Positions 1-8,989 of a stretch of 32,000 nucleotides of DNA are shown here, in pieces. A program made the position numbers and the translations under genes. The DNA is taken from contig CP091279.1 of the NCBI GenBank assembly GCA_021650915.1, forward strand, positions 2,040,001 to 2,072,000, given 5' to 3'. The notes beneath the pieces are model-generated. The model was given only the letters and a program-made list of their open reading frames with translations, did no database searches and was not told where the DNA came from. Source of the DNA: Candidatus Brocadia sp. GTDB lineage: Bacteria; Planctomycetota; Brocadiia; Brocadiales; Brocadiaceae. Numbering within the stretch: the stretch's first letter is position 1; each line of letters starts with the position of its first letter.

Positions 1-2
1 GC

Positions 3-659
3 ATTATGAAGTATTTCTTTCCAGATATCATAAATCTTCCCGTAACTATCACTCGAGTCGTGACATTCAATACACTTCTGCCGCGCTGGCTTAAATGCCG
101 TTCCGTCATACGTCAGTTGATGGCATCCGGTGCAGGAAACATCTCTGACCATAATATCCGGCACTTTTGCATTAAACCCCTTGATATTTCCTTCCCGGTA
201 TTCCTGTATACCCACATGGCAACGACGGCAATCTTCCACGTCCTTTTCCTTATGATGACAGGCCAGGCAATCCTCATCCTGCACAATGAGTTTGCCGTGG
301 GTTTCTGTGCCAACAGCGCTGTTCGTATGACAGAGATCACAGTCAAATCCCTTGCCGGGAGAATGGGCCCGATGGCTGAAAATCCTTTTTTGATAAGGAG
401 CTTCATAGGCAAGATAATTCACATGACATCGATCAATGCAGGAATGAGTAACCGCCGGGTAGTTGGACTGCATTACCTTGTTCTTATGGTTTTCCCCCGT
501 GTTTTTCTCAACCCTATTTTCATCTCCGGTAATGTACGCCATTTCAGATGGCGGACCGGGAAACATTTTGTCTGCTTTGTGGCTATTGCTACCGCCGATT
601 GCAAGATGCTGCACGAAAACGAGCAGGTGGCACAGGGAGATGGCAAACCATAGAAACAT
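3..659 (-). CDS. multiheme cytochrome c, N-terminal 219 codons (gene runs off the left window edge)
   Basis: Absent from the ORF track because it has no stop codon in the window. By hand translation the reverse frame is open from the ATG (complement of 657-659) to the edge: MFLWFAISLCHLLVFVQHL... It has an N-terminal hydrophobic helix followed by six CXXCH heme-c motifs (CIDRCH, CDLCH, CLACH, CRRCH, CTGCH, CIECH). The 6..653 + ORF is its antisense shadow. Confidence 0.8.
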   Translation of the reverse strand, partial: MFLWFAISLCHLLVFVQHLAIGGSNSHKADKMFPGPPSEMAYITGDENRVEKNTGENHKNKVMQSNYPAVTHSCIDRCHVNYLAYEAPYQKRIFSHRAHSPGKGFDCDLCHTNSAVGTETHGKLIVQDEDCLACHHKEKDVEDCRRCHVGIQEYREGNIKGFNAKVPDIMVRDVSCTGCHQLTYDGTAFKPARQKCIECHDSSDSYGKIYDIWKEILHN

Positions 660-686
660 GTCGAGCTCCGGAAATGTTGATTTTTT

Positions 687-924
687 GTAACAATTCAGCG
701 TACTTTCGCTCACAGTCACCACGAGTGAATAAAACATTGATGCTATAATCCCGAAGGGATGTCATGATTATAGCATAGTGTTATATAATTATGGTTGACC
801 CCGTGGGGGTGGCATAATATCGCCATTTTCCTGATATTTCACCCCTGCGGGGTTGAATATGGCGGTGCGTTTTTTCTATAGTCATGTCATCCCTTCGGGA
901 TTTTTCAAGAAGCTAAATTGTTAC
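687..924. repeat. MITE-like nested palindromic element with GTAACAATT termini
   Basis: Terminal inverted repeats are gtaacaattcagc (687-699) and gctaaattgttac (912-924). An internal inverted pair is atcccgaagggatgtcatgattatag / ctatagtcatgtcatcccttcgggat. Small hairpins ccccgtggggg and cccctgcgggg are also present. No ORF. It lies between two cytochrome genes of the same operon. Confidence 0.55.
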
Positions 925-931
925 TAAGATT

Positions 932-2224
932 TTAATTTTTTCGTATTATCCGCCTCAGTTGCTCAATGCTATAACCAAGCAGGTCTTTTGTGTATTTAAT
1001 GTTATGACTGCCATAGCTTCCGTCCTTTCTGATAAATTCATAATTGACCGCTGCTTCCCGGATGATGGGCAAGGCCTCGGGCGTTTGTTGGTTTTCTGCT
1101 GTTTTTATTAAAGACTTCAGCCTCTTCATCATGGATGATACAAAAAGTTTCTGTTCGAACAGTATTTTGTCAAATCCCACCTCATGGCAGGCGATACATA
1201 CTTCCGTGTTTACCTTTGCATAGAAGTCATCTTTGTGGCACGCGGAGCAATTCACGGTTGCAAGATACATAGGGTCGGGCAACCCTTGTATACCCATACC
1301 GCCTTCTCCTCTCATGATCAAATGCTGCGCTTCGTATCCGGATTCTGCAGCAAGCAAGCGATAACCCCTTTTCTTCTGATCATCGCTTTCGTTCACCCAG
1401 CCATGCGCAATAGAGGTATGGCACGGGGTGCACGGCGTCTTGCTCTTCACGGTATGATAGTAATGCATTCGTGTCGCATCGTTTGCATAGTCGACCTTTT
1501 CCGAATGACATTGACTACAGCTTGCCTCATCCACCCCTCCTGATCCCCTGACGATATTAAAGTGACAGTCCGCACAAAGAGACTTTTTTTCTTTTTCGTA
1601 TTCAAGATGCGAGAATGTCTTTCCATATATATCCCTGGTTATTTCAATGTTTTTATGACACACCGTACAGTCAGAGATAGGTTTTTCCTCATACGTGCGG
1701 AGAAATTTTCTGGTATCGATAAAATGGCAGGTATCACATGTCCTTATATCTAGTTGAAAATGTTTCTCTCCGCCAAGATTCGCGTGGCAGGCGGTGCATC
1801 TCATACTCAGATTTTCACGAAAATCAACCATATGTGTTTTATGCTGAAACGGCGTGATCTTTTTATACTGGACCGCATCAGAGGATAAGGCATTCAATGG
1901 ATGGCATGATTCCTGTGTACACTTCTGGTTTATTATTTCTACGTCCATAGCAGTAAAGGCATTCACCGGATTCATGAGATCGGTGGTAGTCGCGCCTGAG
2001 TATTCATGTCTATGGCAATCCTGACATGCAATATCTTCCGATGGCAATTTTTTACACGCGTTCGTAAAAACAACATCCTCATGGCATTTGGTACAAAACC
2101 TTGATTGTTTGGGTGATGATATCGTAGCAAACATAACAACAACGACAAACCCTATCGCAACCAGGGTGAAGATTCCCAGTTTAATGGTAAGTCTCTTATT
2201 CAATCTTCTTACTTCGTGAAACAT
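932..2224 (-). CDS. membrane-anchored multiheme cytochrome c (10 CXXCH + 1 CX4CH)
   Basis: 430-aa ORF with an N-terminal TM helix (LGIFTLVAIGFVVVVMFATI). CXXCH motifs: CTKCH, CQDCH, CTACH, CDTCH, CTVCH, CADCH, CSQCH, CTPCH, CSACH, CIACH. One additional CTQESCH (CX4CH) motif. Confidence 0.9.
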   Translation of the reverse strand: MFHEVRRLNKRLTIKLGIFTLVAIGFVVVVMFATISSPKQSRFCTKCHEDVVFTNACKKLPSEDIACQDCHRHEYSGATTTDLMNPVNAFTAMDVEIINQKCTQESCHPLNALSSDAVQYKKITPFQHKTHMVDFRENLSMRCTACHANLGGEKHFQLDIRTCDTCHFIDTRKFLRTYEEKPISDCTVCHKNIEITRDIYGKTFSHLEYEKEKKSLCADCHFNIVRGSGGVDEASCSQCHSEKVDYANDATRMHYYHTVKSKTPCTPCHTSIAHGWVNESDDQKKRGYRLLAAESGYEAQHLIMRGEGGMGIQGLPDPMYLATVNCSACHKDDFYAKVNTEVCIACHEVGFDKILFEQKLFVSSMMKRLKSLIKTAENQQTPEALPIIREAAVNYEFIRKDGSYGSHNIKYTKDLLGYSIEQLRRIIRKN

Positions 2225-2455
2225 GGCAGTTGTTTTTTCAATGAAGCATGGAGGAACGAAGACTATCCATGCCGTCTAAAACCTGCAGAAATAACAGAGC
2301 GCAGCACAGCCGCAATCAACTTCCCTTTAGAAAATGGGGTAAAGGGGATTATAAAAACTTACAAAAAAGAACGATTTTACAGGATGACAAAGGGGAACAA
2401 ACCCCGAAAAAAAGATTTTACGCGGCAATGCCTCCTGCCTGCTCAGGCTCATTTT

Positions 2456-2797
2456 TTATTCATTGGCCGGAACCTTTTTCAGCGACAGTTTGTTTTTCGG
2501 GTTGTATCTGAAGGCATTCTCGAGAAATGGCCATGAAATAAGAAATAGTGCGCAAAAGACCATAATTACTATCAGCAGCAGGTCATTTTGCAAATACTTA
2601 TGCAACTCGTAAAAAGGCAATCCAAACCAGGGAACACCAGCATATTTCTCAATGAAGGGAAACGAAAACGGCAGGAAAATGACGGCGATACATTCAACGG
2701 CGAGTAAAAAGCAGGATACGATGATATGACGGAACATTTCATTCGGGAAAAATGGCTCAAGCATCTCCGGGGTCCTTCCTTGCGTGTAATCTTTCAT
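2456..2797 (-). CDS. cytochrome b C-terminal domain / b6f subunit IV (PetD)-like membrane protein
   Basis: 113-aa ORF with AAGGAGG 5 nt upstream of the ATG. EPFFPNEMFRH and VPWFGLPFYEL match the PF(F/Y)P and PEWY-LPF type signatures of cytochrome b C-terminal domain / subunit IV. Hydrophobic helices are present. It lies 53 nt downstream of the cytochrome b6-like gene. Confidence 0.8.
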   Translation of the reverse strand: MKDYTQGRTPEMLEPFFPNEMFRHIIVSCFLLAVECIAVIFLPFSFPFIEKYAGVPWFGLPFYELHKYLQNDLLLIVIMVFCALFLISWPFLENAFRYNPKNKLSLKKVPANE

Positions 2798-2850
2798 GTA
2801 AACCTCCTTACCGGTAAAACCGTGGTGTCAAAAATTGATTCGTAAAATAA

Positions 2851-3429
2851 TTATAATGGTTCGCAAATTCCCGTTTTTCTGATCATAAAAAAATGCATAC
2901 CCATAAACGAAACCATAATGCCGGGAATGACTGCCACATGGACAACATACAGATACGACAAGCGGATGGCGACGGGTTCATTCATATTGCCAACGGACAG
3001 TAAATTTCCCGTATAATACATCAGCAGGGTAAGGATAAAGAGGCAGGAACCTGATACCCAGTGCAATTCCCGCGGATGCCGGTAAATTCCTTTATAAAAA
3101 ATACGCGCCATATGGCCTACAACCACACCGATCATAATATTCGGACCCACAGCATGGATATGCTGCATAAACCACCCGAAAGGGACATGATGCGTTATTT
3201 GCTGAATGCTGGCCACCGCCTCTTTTGTACTGGGAACAAAATAAAACATAAGAAATACGCCCGTAATTGTCTGTATGAGAAAAGCAACCAGCGATATCCC
3301 ACCCATACATCCAAACCAGCTCATTCCCTTGGGAATAAGCTTCTGTGTGATATTTTTTTCGACGATCTCTTTTAAAAAACCGCTTTCCCTGTTCATAGAT
3401 TTTGCGAATTCATGCTCTTTGTCACTCAC
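2851..3429 (-). CDS. cytochrome b6-like protein (cytochrome b N-terminal four-helix domain)
   Basis: Both bis-His heme-b pairs are present: HAVGPNIMIGVVVGH (H-x13-H) and HVAVIPGIMVSFMGMH (H-x14-H), with WFGCMGGISL at helix A. The start is uncertain. Candidates are GTG at 3429 (GGAGGG 5 nt upstream), ATG at 3396, or the TTG at 3615 (AAGGAG 9 nt upstream) that gives the 254-aa track ORF. The 60-70 residue extension has no cytochrome b counterpart. Confidence 0.85.
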   Translation of the reverse strand: MSDKEHEFAKSMNRESGFLKEIVEKNITQKLIPKGMSWFGCMGGISLVAFLIQTITGVFLMFYFVPSTKEAVASIQQITHHVPFGWFMQHIHAVGPNIMIGVVVGHMARIFYKGIYRHPRELHWVSGSCLFILTLLMYYTGNLLSVGNMNEPVAIRLSYLYVVHVAVIPGIMVSFMGMHFFMIRKTGICEPL

Positions 3430-3636
3430 TGTTACCCTCCGCAGAACTTCCTTGTTTTGCCAGGTTACACTGCCTTCCAGGCTATAACGTTCAAAAGAAA
3501 CAATCCGTTTTCTTCGTTGAACATGCGTCCGACACACAAAAAAGGCCAACCGAAAGAGAAATCCTTTTTCCTGAAGGCCATACCTTTCATCATCAGCAAG
3601 ACTATATTGAAACAAAGACTCAATCTCCTTTGAATA

Positions 3637-3664
3637 TATATATCATATTAAATTTTAATGTCAA
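3637..3664 (-). promoter_or_regulatory. sigma70-type promoter candidate for the cytochrome b operon
   Basis: The minus strand reads TTGACA (complement of 3659-3664), 16 nt, TATATA (3637-3642), with TG 1 nt upstream of the -10 (extended -10). It sits in an AT-rich region upstream of the cytochrome b gene. Confidence 0.4.
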
Positions 3665-3962
3665 TAAAAATGTTATAAATTCTGTTTGAAGAAAGATGAA
3701 CCGCAGGAAGGAAAGCGCTCAAACGCACTGAATGCGCAGGCAGCTCAATCCTGTGCATCGGGCAGGGAAGTTGTTTTGAGGATGTCGGCGGATACAATGA
3801 TTGACAACTCCAAAGCAGAGAAGAGACGAAAGACCTTACGGAAAAAATAGCAGCAAAAGCGGAATTGGTGCTATCTCAACGTAAATGCACCCACAAGCCT
3901 ATTCTGTAGTACCTTACAAAAAATATTTTGACATTTTCAGCAAAAATGTTTTTTCATGCTGC

Positions 3963-4033
3963 GTAGGGCAACCCTTTAGATGTGCCTCTGGCAGAGGCAC
4001 ATGGTATGGGCAGGTTTCAAACCTGCCCATACC
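3963..4033. repeat. cluster of perfect hairpins (REP-like)
   Basis: gtagggcaaccct (3963-3975). atgtgcctct-ggc-agaggcacat (3980-4002, 10-bp perfect stem). ggtatgggcaggttt-c-aaacctgcccatacc (4003-4033, 15-bp perfect stem). The core gggcaggtttcaaacctgccc is shared with the hairpin at 10877-10905. It generates mirror-image 101-aa pseudo-ORFs on both strands. Confidence 0.6.
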
Positions 4034-4646
4034 GTATTTCTTTTCCGACTCGTTCGGGTTTGGATCAACGGAAATTGGAAGCAAACTAACACCAATTGCA
4101 TCAAGCCATGAGTGCCCCCTGTTTTTTTTAAAAGAGAAAAAGAGGAACGGCGACTTTTTAATATTGCAAAACATTAACCCTTTTGTATAATCAAAAAGTT
4201 GTAACCATTCTTTTGACAACGTATTTTATATGGTAATCTTTTTTGGAGTTTAACCTATGATCTGGAAAAACTGCACGTCATTTCCTTACGGGTGAGTGCA
4301 CTTACCGAAGTGGCGGCGCCATTTCCAGGTTAAGTGGATAAGGTATAGACTCTTAAAGGATACCCGTTAGCACCTTCCCGAAAAAATGCAAGCAGCAGTT
4401 CTCTCTTGCAAGGTAGTTCATCATCCAATAAGAAATCCTATCCTTCATTCATTCATTTTCGTTCCATCTTTCCAGGAAAAGATGCCGTCCCTTCGTCCAA
4501 TAGTTGATTGGATAATTTGTTTCATTGAGGCACGGATTCCCGCAGATATACGCGGACTTCTGTTTGCGCAGGCTAAAGCCATGCGGCTACATGCGTAGTT
4601 GCTTTGGACAACTCAATTCAAGATTTTTTACTGGAGGATGTAATCT

Positions 4647-7334
4647 ATGGTATCTTTATCGATCGATGGGAAAAAAGTGGAGGCAGAACCTTCTCAAACG
4701 ATTTTGCAGGCTGCACAAAGACTGGGAATTCATATCCCTACTCTGTGCCACGATCCACGTCTTGCCCCTTCCGGGGCGTGCCGGATGTGTGTGGTAGAAG
4801 TGGAGGGCGCACGATCACTGGTGGCCTCCTGTGCAACCCCCGTCTCAGAGGGTATGAAGGTCTCTACCCAAAGTGAATCAGTAAAACGGGCACGGAAACT
4901 CAATCTGGAACTTATCTGGTCTCATCATCCCAATGACTGTCTGACGTGCGATAAAACAGGGGAATGTCAGCTTCAGAAATTTATGTACGAATACGACGTG
5001 AAGACCTCGCGGTTTGTGGAACAGAATCCTCCCCCAAGGCCTGACGATTCAAATCCCGGGATTTATCGTGACATGAACAAATGCATCCTTTGCGGAAAGT
5101 GCGTCAGGATCTGCGATGAGGTGCAGGATCAGCACATCTGGGCATTTTCAAACCGCGGGATGCAAACCTCAATTGCTACAGCCTTTGAAAAACCCCTAAA
5201 AGACGCCGGTTGTGTATTTTGCGGACACTGCGTTTCTGTATGCCCGGTAGGCGCCCTTATGGACAAACCTGCTGCAAAAAAGGGACGTCCCTGGGAAACC
5301 AGGAAGGTACGCACGGTCTGCTGCTACTGCGGCGTGGGATGCAGCCTTATACTTCATGTAAAAGGGGGCGAAGTCCTGAAGGTAACAGCCGATACCCATG
5401 ACGCCCCAAATTATGGCAGTCTCTGTGTGAAGGGACGGTATGGATTTGAATTTTACAAAAGCCCCGACCGTTTAAAGTTCCCATTGATTCGCGACCGTAT
5501 TGACCAGCCATTTCGGGAGGCGAGCTGGAATGAGGCAATCGGCCTGGTAGCCAGGAAGCTGATGGGGATCAGGCAGAAATATGGTCCCGACGCATTTGGA
5601 TGTCTTAGTTCTTCAAGAGGCACAAACGAAGAAAACTATCTGGCTCAAAAATTCACTCGTGCCGTAATGGGAACCAATAATATGGATAACTGTGCACGGG
5701 TATGCCACGGCCCTTCGGTAACAGGCCTCCGAGCCTCGTTAGGAAGCGGAGCTGCTACCAATTCCCTGGCTGATATTGAAGGTGCGGAGGTGCTCATTGT
5801 CAGCGGTTCCAATACCACTGAGGCCCATCCGGTAGCCGCCTTAAAAATCAAAAAAGCGGTGCGGCAGAATGGGGCGAAACTCATCGTAATCGACCCGCGG
5901 GAGATAGAACTCGTCCAGTACGCAACCGTGTGGTTGCGTTTAAAACCAGGAACCAATGTAGCCCTTATCAATGGCCTGCTGCATGTCATTTTAAAAGAAG
6001 GCCTGGAAAACAGGGAATTTATCCGGCAACGCACCGAAAATATCGACATGCTACAGCAGATTGTGGCACAGTACACACCTGAAAAGACAGAGGAAATTAC
6101 CGGCGTTCCTCAGGAAGATATTGTCAAGGCTGCCAGAATTTACGCCGGTACACGGAAGGGTATGATTGTCTATGGTTTGGGAATGACCGAACATAAGGCC
6201 GGCTCACATGGTGTCATGTCCCTGGCCAATCTGGCTTTGATTACGGGCAACGTAGGCCGGTCAAATACCGGGATCAATCCGCTTCGCGGACAGAATAACG
6301 TCCAGGGTTCATGTGACATGGGGGCATTACCAGACGTCTACACCTGCTATCAAAAGGTTGATGATCCAATTGCCAATAAAAAATTCTCTGAGGCATGGGG
6401 TTGCCAGCTTCCCGCAAAACCGGGGCTAAAGGAGCCACAAATGTACCGGGAAGCCCTGGCAGGAAAACTAAAAGCGATGTATATCATTGGGTATGACCCG
6501 GCTGTAACGCAGGCCAATATCCATCATGTGCGGTCAGCCATGAAAAAACTTGACTTTCTCGTCGTACAGGAGCTTTTTATGACGGAGACGGCAAAACTGG
6601 CCCATGTAGTACTTCCCGCTGGATGCTTCTTCGAGAAGGACGGTACCTTTACCAACGCCGAAAGAAGGGTCAGACGGCTCAATCAGGCCATTCCTTTGCC
6701 TAAGGGAACAAAACACGATTGGGAGATTATCTGCCTGATTGCCAGCGCCATGGGTTACCCCATGCATTATCATCATCCAAGTGAAATCATGGATGAAATA
6801 GCCCGCCTTACGTCGGAATTCACGGGAATTGATTTTAAGCGACTCGAAGGCGATGGGCTGGTGTGGCCTGTCTGGGATAAGAATCATCCCGGCACGCCCA
6901 TTTTACATAAAGACACCTTCACCAGGGGAAAAGGGAGATTGAATGATCTTTTGTACACCCCATCGGAGGAATTGCCCGATGATGACTATCCTTTGTATTT
7001 AACTACGGGTCGCCGTCTTTACCATTATAACAACGGGTCAATGTCGCTACGCAACCCGGAGATTTATTCGATCAGTTCGGAAGAATTTGTGGAAATCCAT
7101 CCCGATGAGGCTGAAAGACTGGATATAAAAACAGGAGATACCGTGAGGATAAAATCAAGACGAGGTTCTTTGGAAGTAAAGGCACGCGTCACCCGGAAAT
7201 CCCGTCCCGGGAGTGTATTCCTGTCCTTCCATTTCCCGGAGGTCCCGACGAACGTTCTAACCGGTCCAGGAGAAGATCTCCTGGCGCTTACCCCGGAATA
7301 TAAGGTGTGTGCGGTAAAGGTGGAGAAGACGTAG
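4647..7334 (+). CDS. fdhA: NAD-dependent formate dehydrogenase alpha subunit (Mo/W-bis-PGD, Cys type, NuoG-like N-terminus)
   Basis: 895-aa ORF with GGAGG 9 nt upstream. Cluster motifs: N-terminal 2Fe-2S (CHDPRLAPSGACRMC), His/Cys 4Fe-4S (HHPNDCLTCDKTGEC), two ferredoxin motifs (CILCGKCVRIC, CVFCGHCVSVCP), and MopB 4Fe-4S (CCYCGVGCS). The active-site block is NCARVCHGPSV, with Cys rather than an in-frame TGA at the metal-ligand position. Confidence 0.95.
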   Translation: MVSLSIDGKKVEAEPSQTILQAAQRLGIHIPTLCHDPRLAPSGACRMCVVEVEGARSLVASCATPVSEGMKVSTQSESVKRARKLNLELIWSHHPNDCLTCDKTGECQLQKFMYEYDVKTSRFVEQNPPPRPDDSNPGIYRDMNKCILCGKCVRICDEVQDQHIWAFSNRGMQTSIATAFEKPLKDAGCVFCGHCVSVCPVGALMDKPAAKKGRPWETRKVRTVCCYCGVGCSLILHVKGGEVLKVTADTHDAPNYGSLCVKGRYGFEFYKSPDRLKFPLIRDRIDQPFREASWNEAIGLVARKLMGIRQKYGPDAFGCLSSSRGTNEENYLAQKFTRAVMGTNNMDNCARVCHGPSVTGLRASLGSGAATNSLADIEGAEVLIVSGSNTTEAHPVAALKIKKAVRQNGAKLIVIDPREIELVQYATVWLRLKPGTNVALINGLLHVILKEGLENREFIRQRTENIDMLQQIVAQYTPEKTEEITGVPQEDIVKAARIYAGTRKGMIVYGLGMTEHKAGSHGVMSLANLALITGNVGRSNTGINPLRGQNNVQGSCDMGALPDVYTCYQKVDDPIANKKFSEAWGCQLPAKPGLKEPQMYREALAGKLKAMYIIGYDPAVTQANIHHVRSAMKKLDFLVVQELFMTETAKLAHVVLPAGCFFEKDGTFTNAERRVRRLNQAIPLPKGTKHDWEIICLIASAMGYPMHYHHPSEIMDEIARLTSEFTGIDFKRLEGDGLVWPVWDKNHPGTPILHKDTFTRGKGRLNDLLYTPSEELPDDDYPLYLTTGRRLYHYNNGSMSLRNPEIYSISSEEFVEIHPDEAERLDIKTGDTVRIKSRRGSLEVKARVTRKSRPGSVFLSFHFPEVPTNVLTGPGEDLLALTPEYKVCAVKVEKT

Positions 7335-7344
7335 CCTGGAAAAC

Positions 7345-7377
7345 GGGGTGAGGCGCGTGAGTAAAATGCCTCACCCC
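7345..7377 (+). terminator. stem-loop downstream of fdhA (possible terminator)
   Basis: Perfect 10-bp stem ggggtgaggc (7345-7354) / gcctcacccc (7368-7377), starting 11 nt after the fdhA stop. No clear T-tract follows, so function is uncertain. Confidence 0.35.
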
Positions 7378-7649
7378 GTATGCACTTTGGCAAGATAAAA
7401 TCCATGGATTTTGAGCTTTTTTAAAAAAAGCGCCTTGTTGGAAAAAAACGGATAATTTCTTGTTGTCTTTTCACTAAAAAAAGGTATCTTGGAAAGTCTT
7501 ATATACATAATTTTATCCCTGTCTGAATACATGGATAATTTTTCCCATGTTTATTCGGTTCTCGAGTGGAGATTTAAGAGTGTGCTTCCTCTTTCCAGAG
7601 GGGAAATTACCCGTTCAAAATTTCTTGTATAAAGAGGCAACAGCGCCGC

Positions 7650-8435
7650 ATGTCAAAACCAAAGGTATTAATCCTCAGAACGGCTGGGACAAATTGTGAT
7701 TACGAAACCCGATACGCCTTTGAAAAGGCGGGGGCAGAGGTGGCCGTTGTCCATATAAATACCCTGCTTGCCAATAAGAACGCGCTTCATGATTATCAGA
7801 TATTAACCCTTCCCGGCGGATTTACCTATGGAGACGACATCTCCGCGGGTAAAATCCTGGCAAATCAGATCAGGTACCATTTGGCGGAGGAAATGAATGC
7901 CTTTATCCGCGCGAAAAAACTCATCCTCGGCATCTGCAATGGATTTCAGACGTTGACAAAGGCCGGATTCCTGCCCGCTCTCATCAGCCATGATCAGGAG
8001 GTCACGCTGACCTTTAACGACTCAAACAAATTCGAAGGCCGATGGGTGTATCTGAAGGTGTGTTCGGATAAATCGGTCTTTCTGAAGAATTCTGATGCTT
8101 CGATTATCTACCTACCCATAGCACACGGGGAAGGCAAGTTCATTGCCAGGGACGAAACCATCCTTAAACGCCTCACGATGAATCGTCAGGTCATCTTTCA
8201 ATATGTCAATGAGCATGGGGAAGAAGCTGGCTATCCATGGAATCCAGCCGGTTCGGTTCAGGGCATAGCAGGCATCTCTGACCAGACCGGTCAGATCCTT
8301 GGCATGATGCCACACCCGGAGAGGCATGTAGAGCCGACTCAGCATCCGCGCTGGACGCGCAGCGGATTAAAGGAATGGGGAGACGGTTTCTTGATTTTTA
8401 AAAATGCCGTCCAGTATGTGAAAACCAATTTTTGA
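7650..8435 (+). CDS. purQ: phosphoribosylformylglycinamidine synthase glutaminase subunit (PurQ-type class I amidotransferase)
   Basis: 261 aa. The N-terminus KVLILRTAGTNCDYET, LPGGFTYGDD, the nucleophile elbow ILGICNGFQ, HGEGKF and the catalytic MMPHPER are all typical of PurQ. Confidence 0.88.
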   Translation: MSKPKVLILRTAGTNCDYETRYAFEKAGAEVAVVHINTLLANKNALHDYQILTLPGGFTYGDDISAGKILANQIRYHLAEEMNAFIRAKKLILGICNGFQTLTKAGFLPALISHDQEVTLTFNDSNKFEGRWVYLKVCSDKSVFLKNSDASIIYLPIAHGEGKFIARDETILKRLTMNRQVIFQYVNEHGEEAGYPWNPAGSVQGIAGISDQTGQILGMMPHPERHVEPTQHPRWTRSGLKEWGDGFLIFKNAVQYVKTNF

Positions 8436-8471
8436 TTGTCAGAGGAATTCCTATTTATTTGGAGACAGAGC

Positions 8472-8969
8472 ATGATGCATAAAACAGTTCCCGTGAGAAA
8501 GGAAAGTAAACCCGTCGTAGATGCAACCAAGTGCAAGGCCATTCTTGCACAATATCCTAACGCGACCTCGGCAGACCTCATTCCCGTCCTGCAGCAGATG
8601 CAGGACGCATACGGATACCTGCCCCAAAATATTTTGGAAGAAATAACGGCCACCACACGGATCCCCCTGAGCAAGATTTATGGGGTTATTACCTTCTACT
8701 CGCAGTTTTCTCTTGAACCCAGAGGGAAACACACGATCAAGGTCTGCACCGGCACTGCCTGTCACATTAAGGGTGCGCCCGATATCAAGAAAAAGATCAC
8801 CGAAGTCCTCCATATCCATGAGGGGGAAACGACAAAGGATTACAAGTTTACGTATGAACCGGTGGCCTGCCTGGGCACCTGTTTTCTGGCGCCGGTGATG
8901 ATGATTAATGAACGATACTATGGAAAGCTGACAACGGAAAAAACTGAACAAATTCTGAAAAGTTATTAA
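8472..8969 (+). CDS. NuoE/HoxE-like 2Fe-2S subunit (formate dehydrogenase gamma / NADH dehydrogenase 24-kDa type)
   Basis: Thioredoxin-like 2Fe-2S motifs are CTGTACHIKG and ACLGTCFLAPVMMIN. The start is taken at the ATG at 8472 (GGAGA 6 nt upstream). The track ORF starts at a TTG at 8436. Confidence 0.85.
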   Translation: MMHKTVPVRKESKPVVDATKCKAILAQYPNATSADLIPVLQQMQDAYGYLPQNILEEITATTRIPLSKIYGVITFYSQFSLEPRGKHTIKVCTGTACHIKGAPDIKKKITEVLHIHEGETTKDYKFTYEPVACLGTCFLAPVMMINERYYGKLTTEKTEQILKSY

Positions 8970-8989
8970 ACCGTAAAGGAGTATTTATC

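Noticed and set aside
6-653. 215-aa + strand ORF at the left edge
   Set aside because: Its sequence has no recognisable features. The opposite strand encodes an uninterrupted multiheme cytochrome with six CXXCH motifs, so this ORF is an antisense shadow.
3885-4219. Mirror-image 101-aa ORFs on both strands (one containing MGRFETCPY)
   Set aside because: Both are generated by reading through perfect palindromic repeats. They have no RBS and lie in a repeat-filled intergenic region.
5690-5720. Selenocysteine (in-frame TGA) at the FdhA active site
   Set aside because: The ORF is uninterrupted and the ligand position reads TGC (Cys) in CARVCHGPS. This is a Cys-type enzyme and no SECIS element is needed.
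7380-7649. Purine or ZTP riboswitch upstream of purQ
   Set aside because: I found none of the conserved cores of these riboswitch classes by eye. The region is simply AT-rich.
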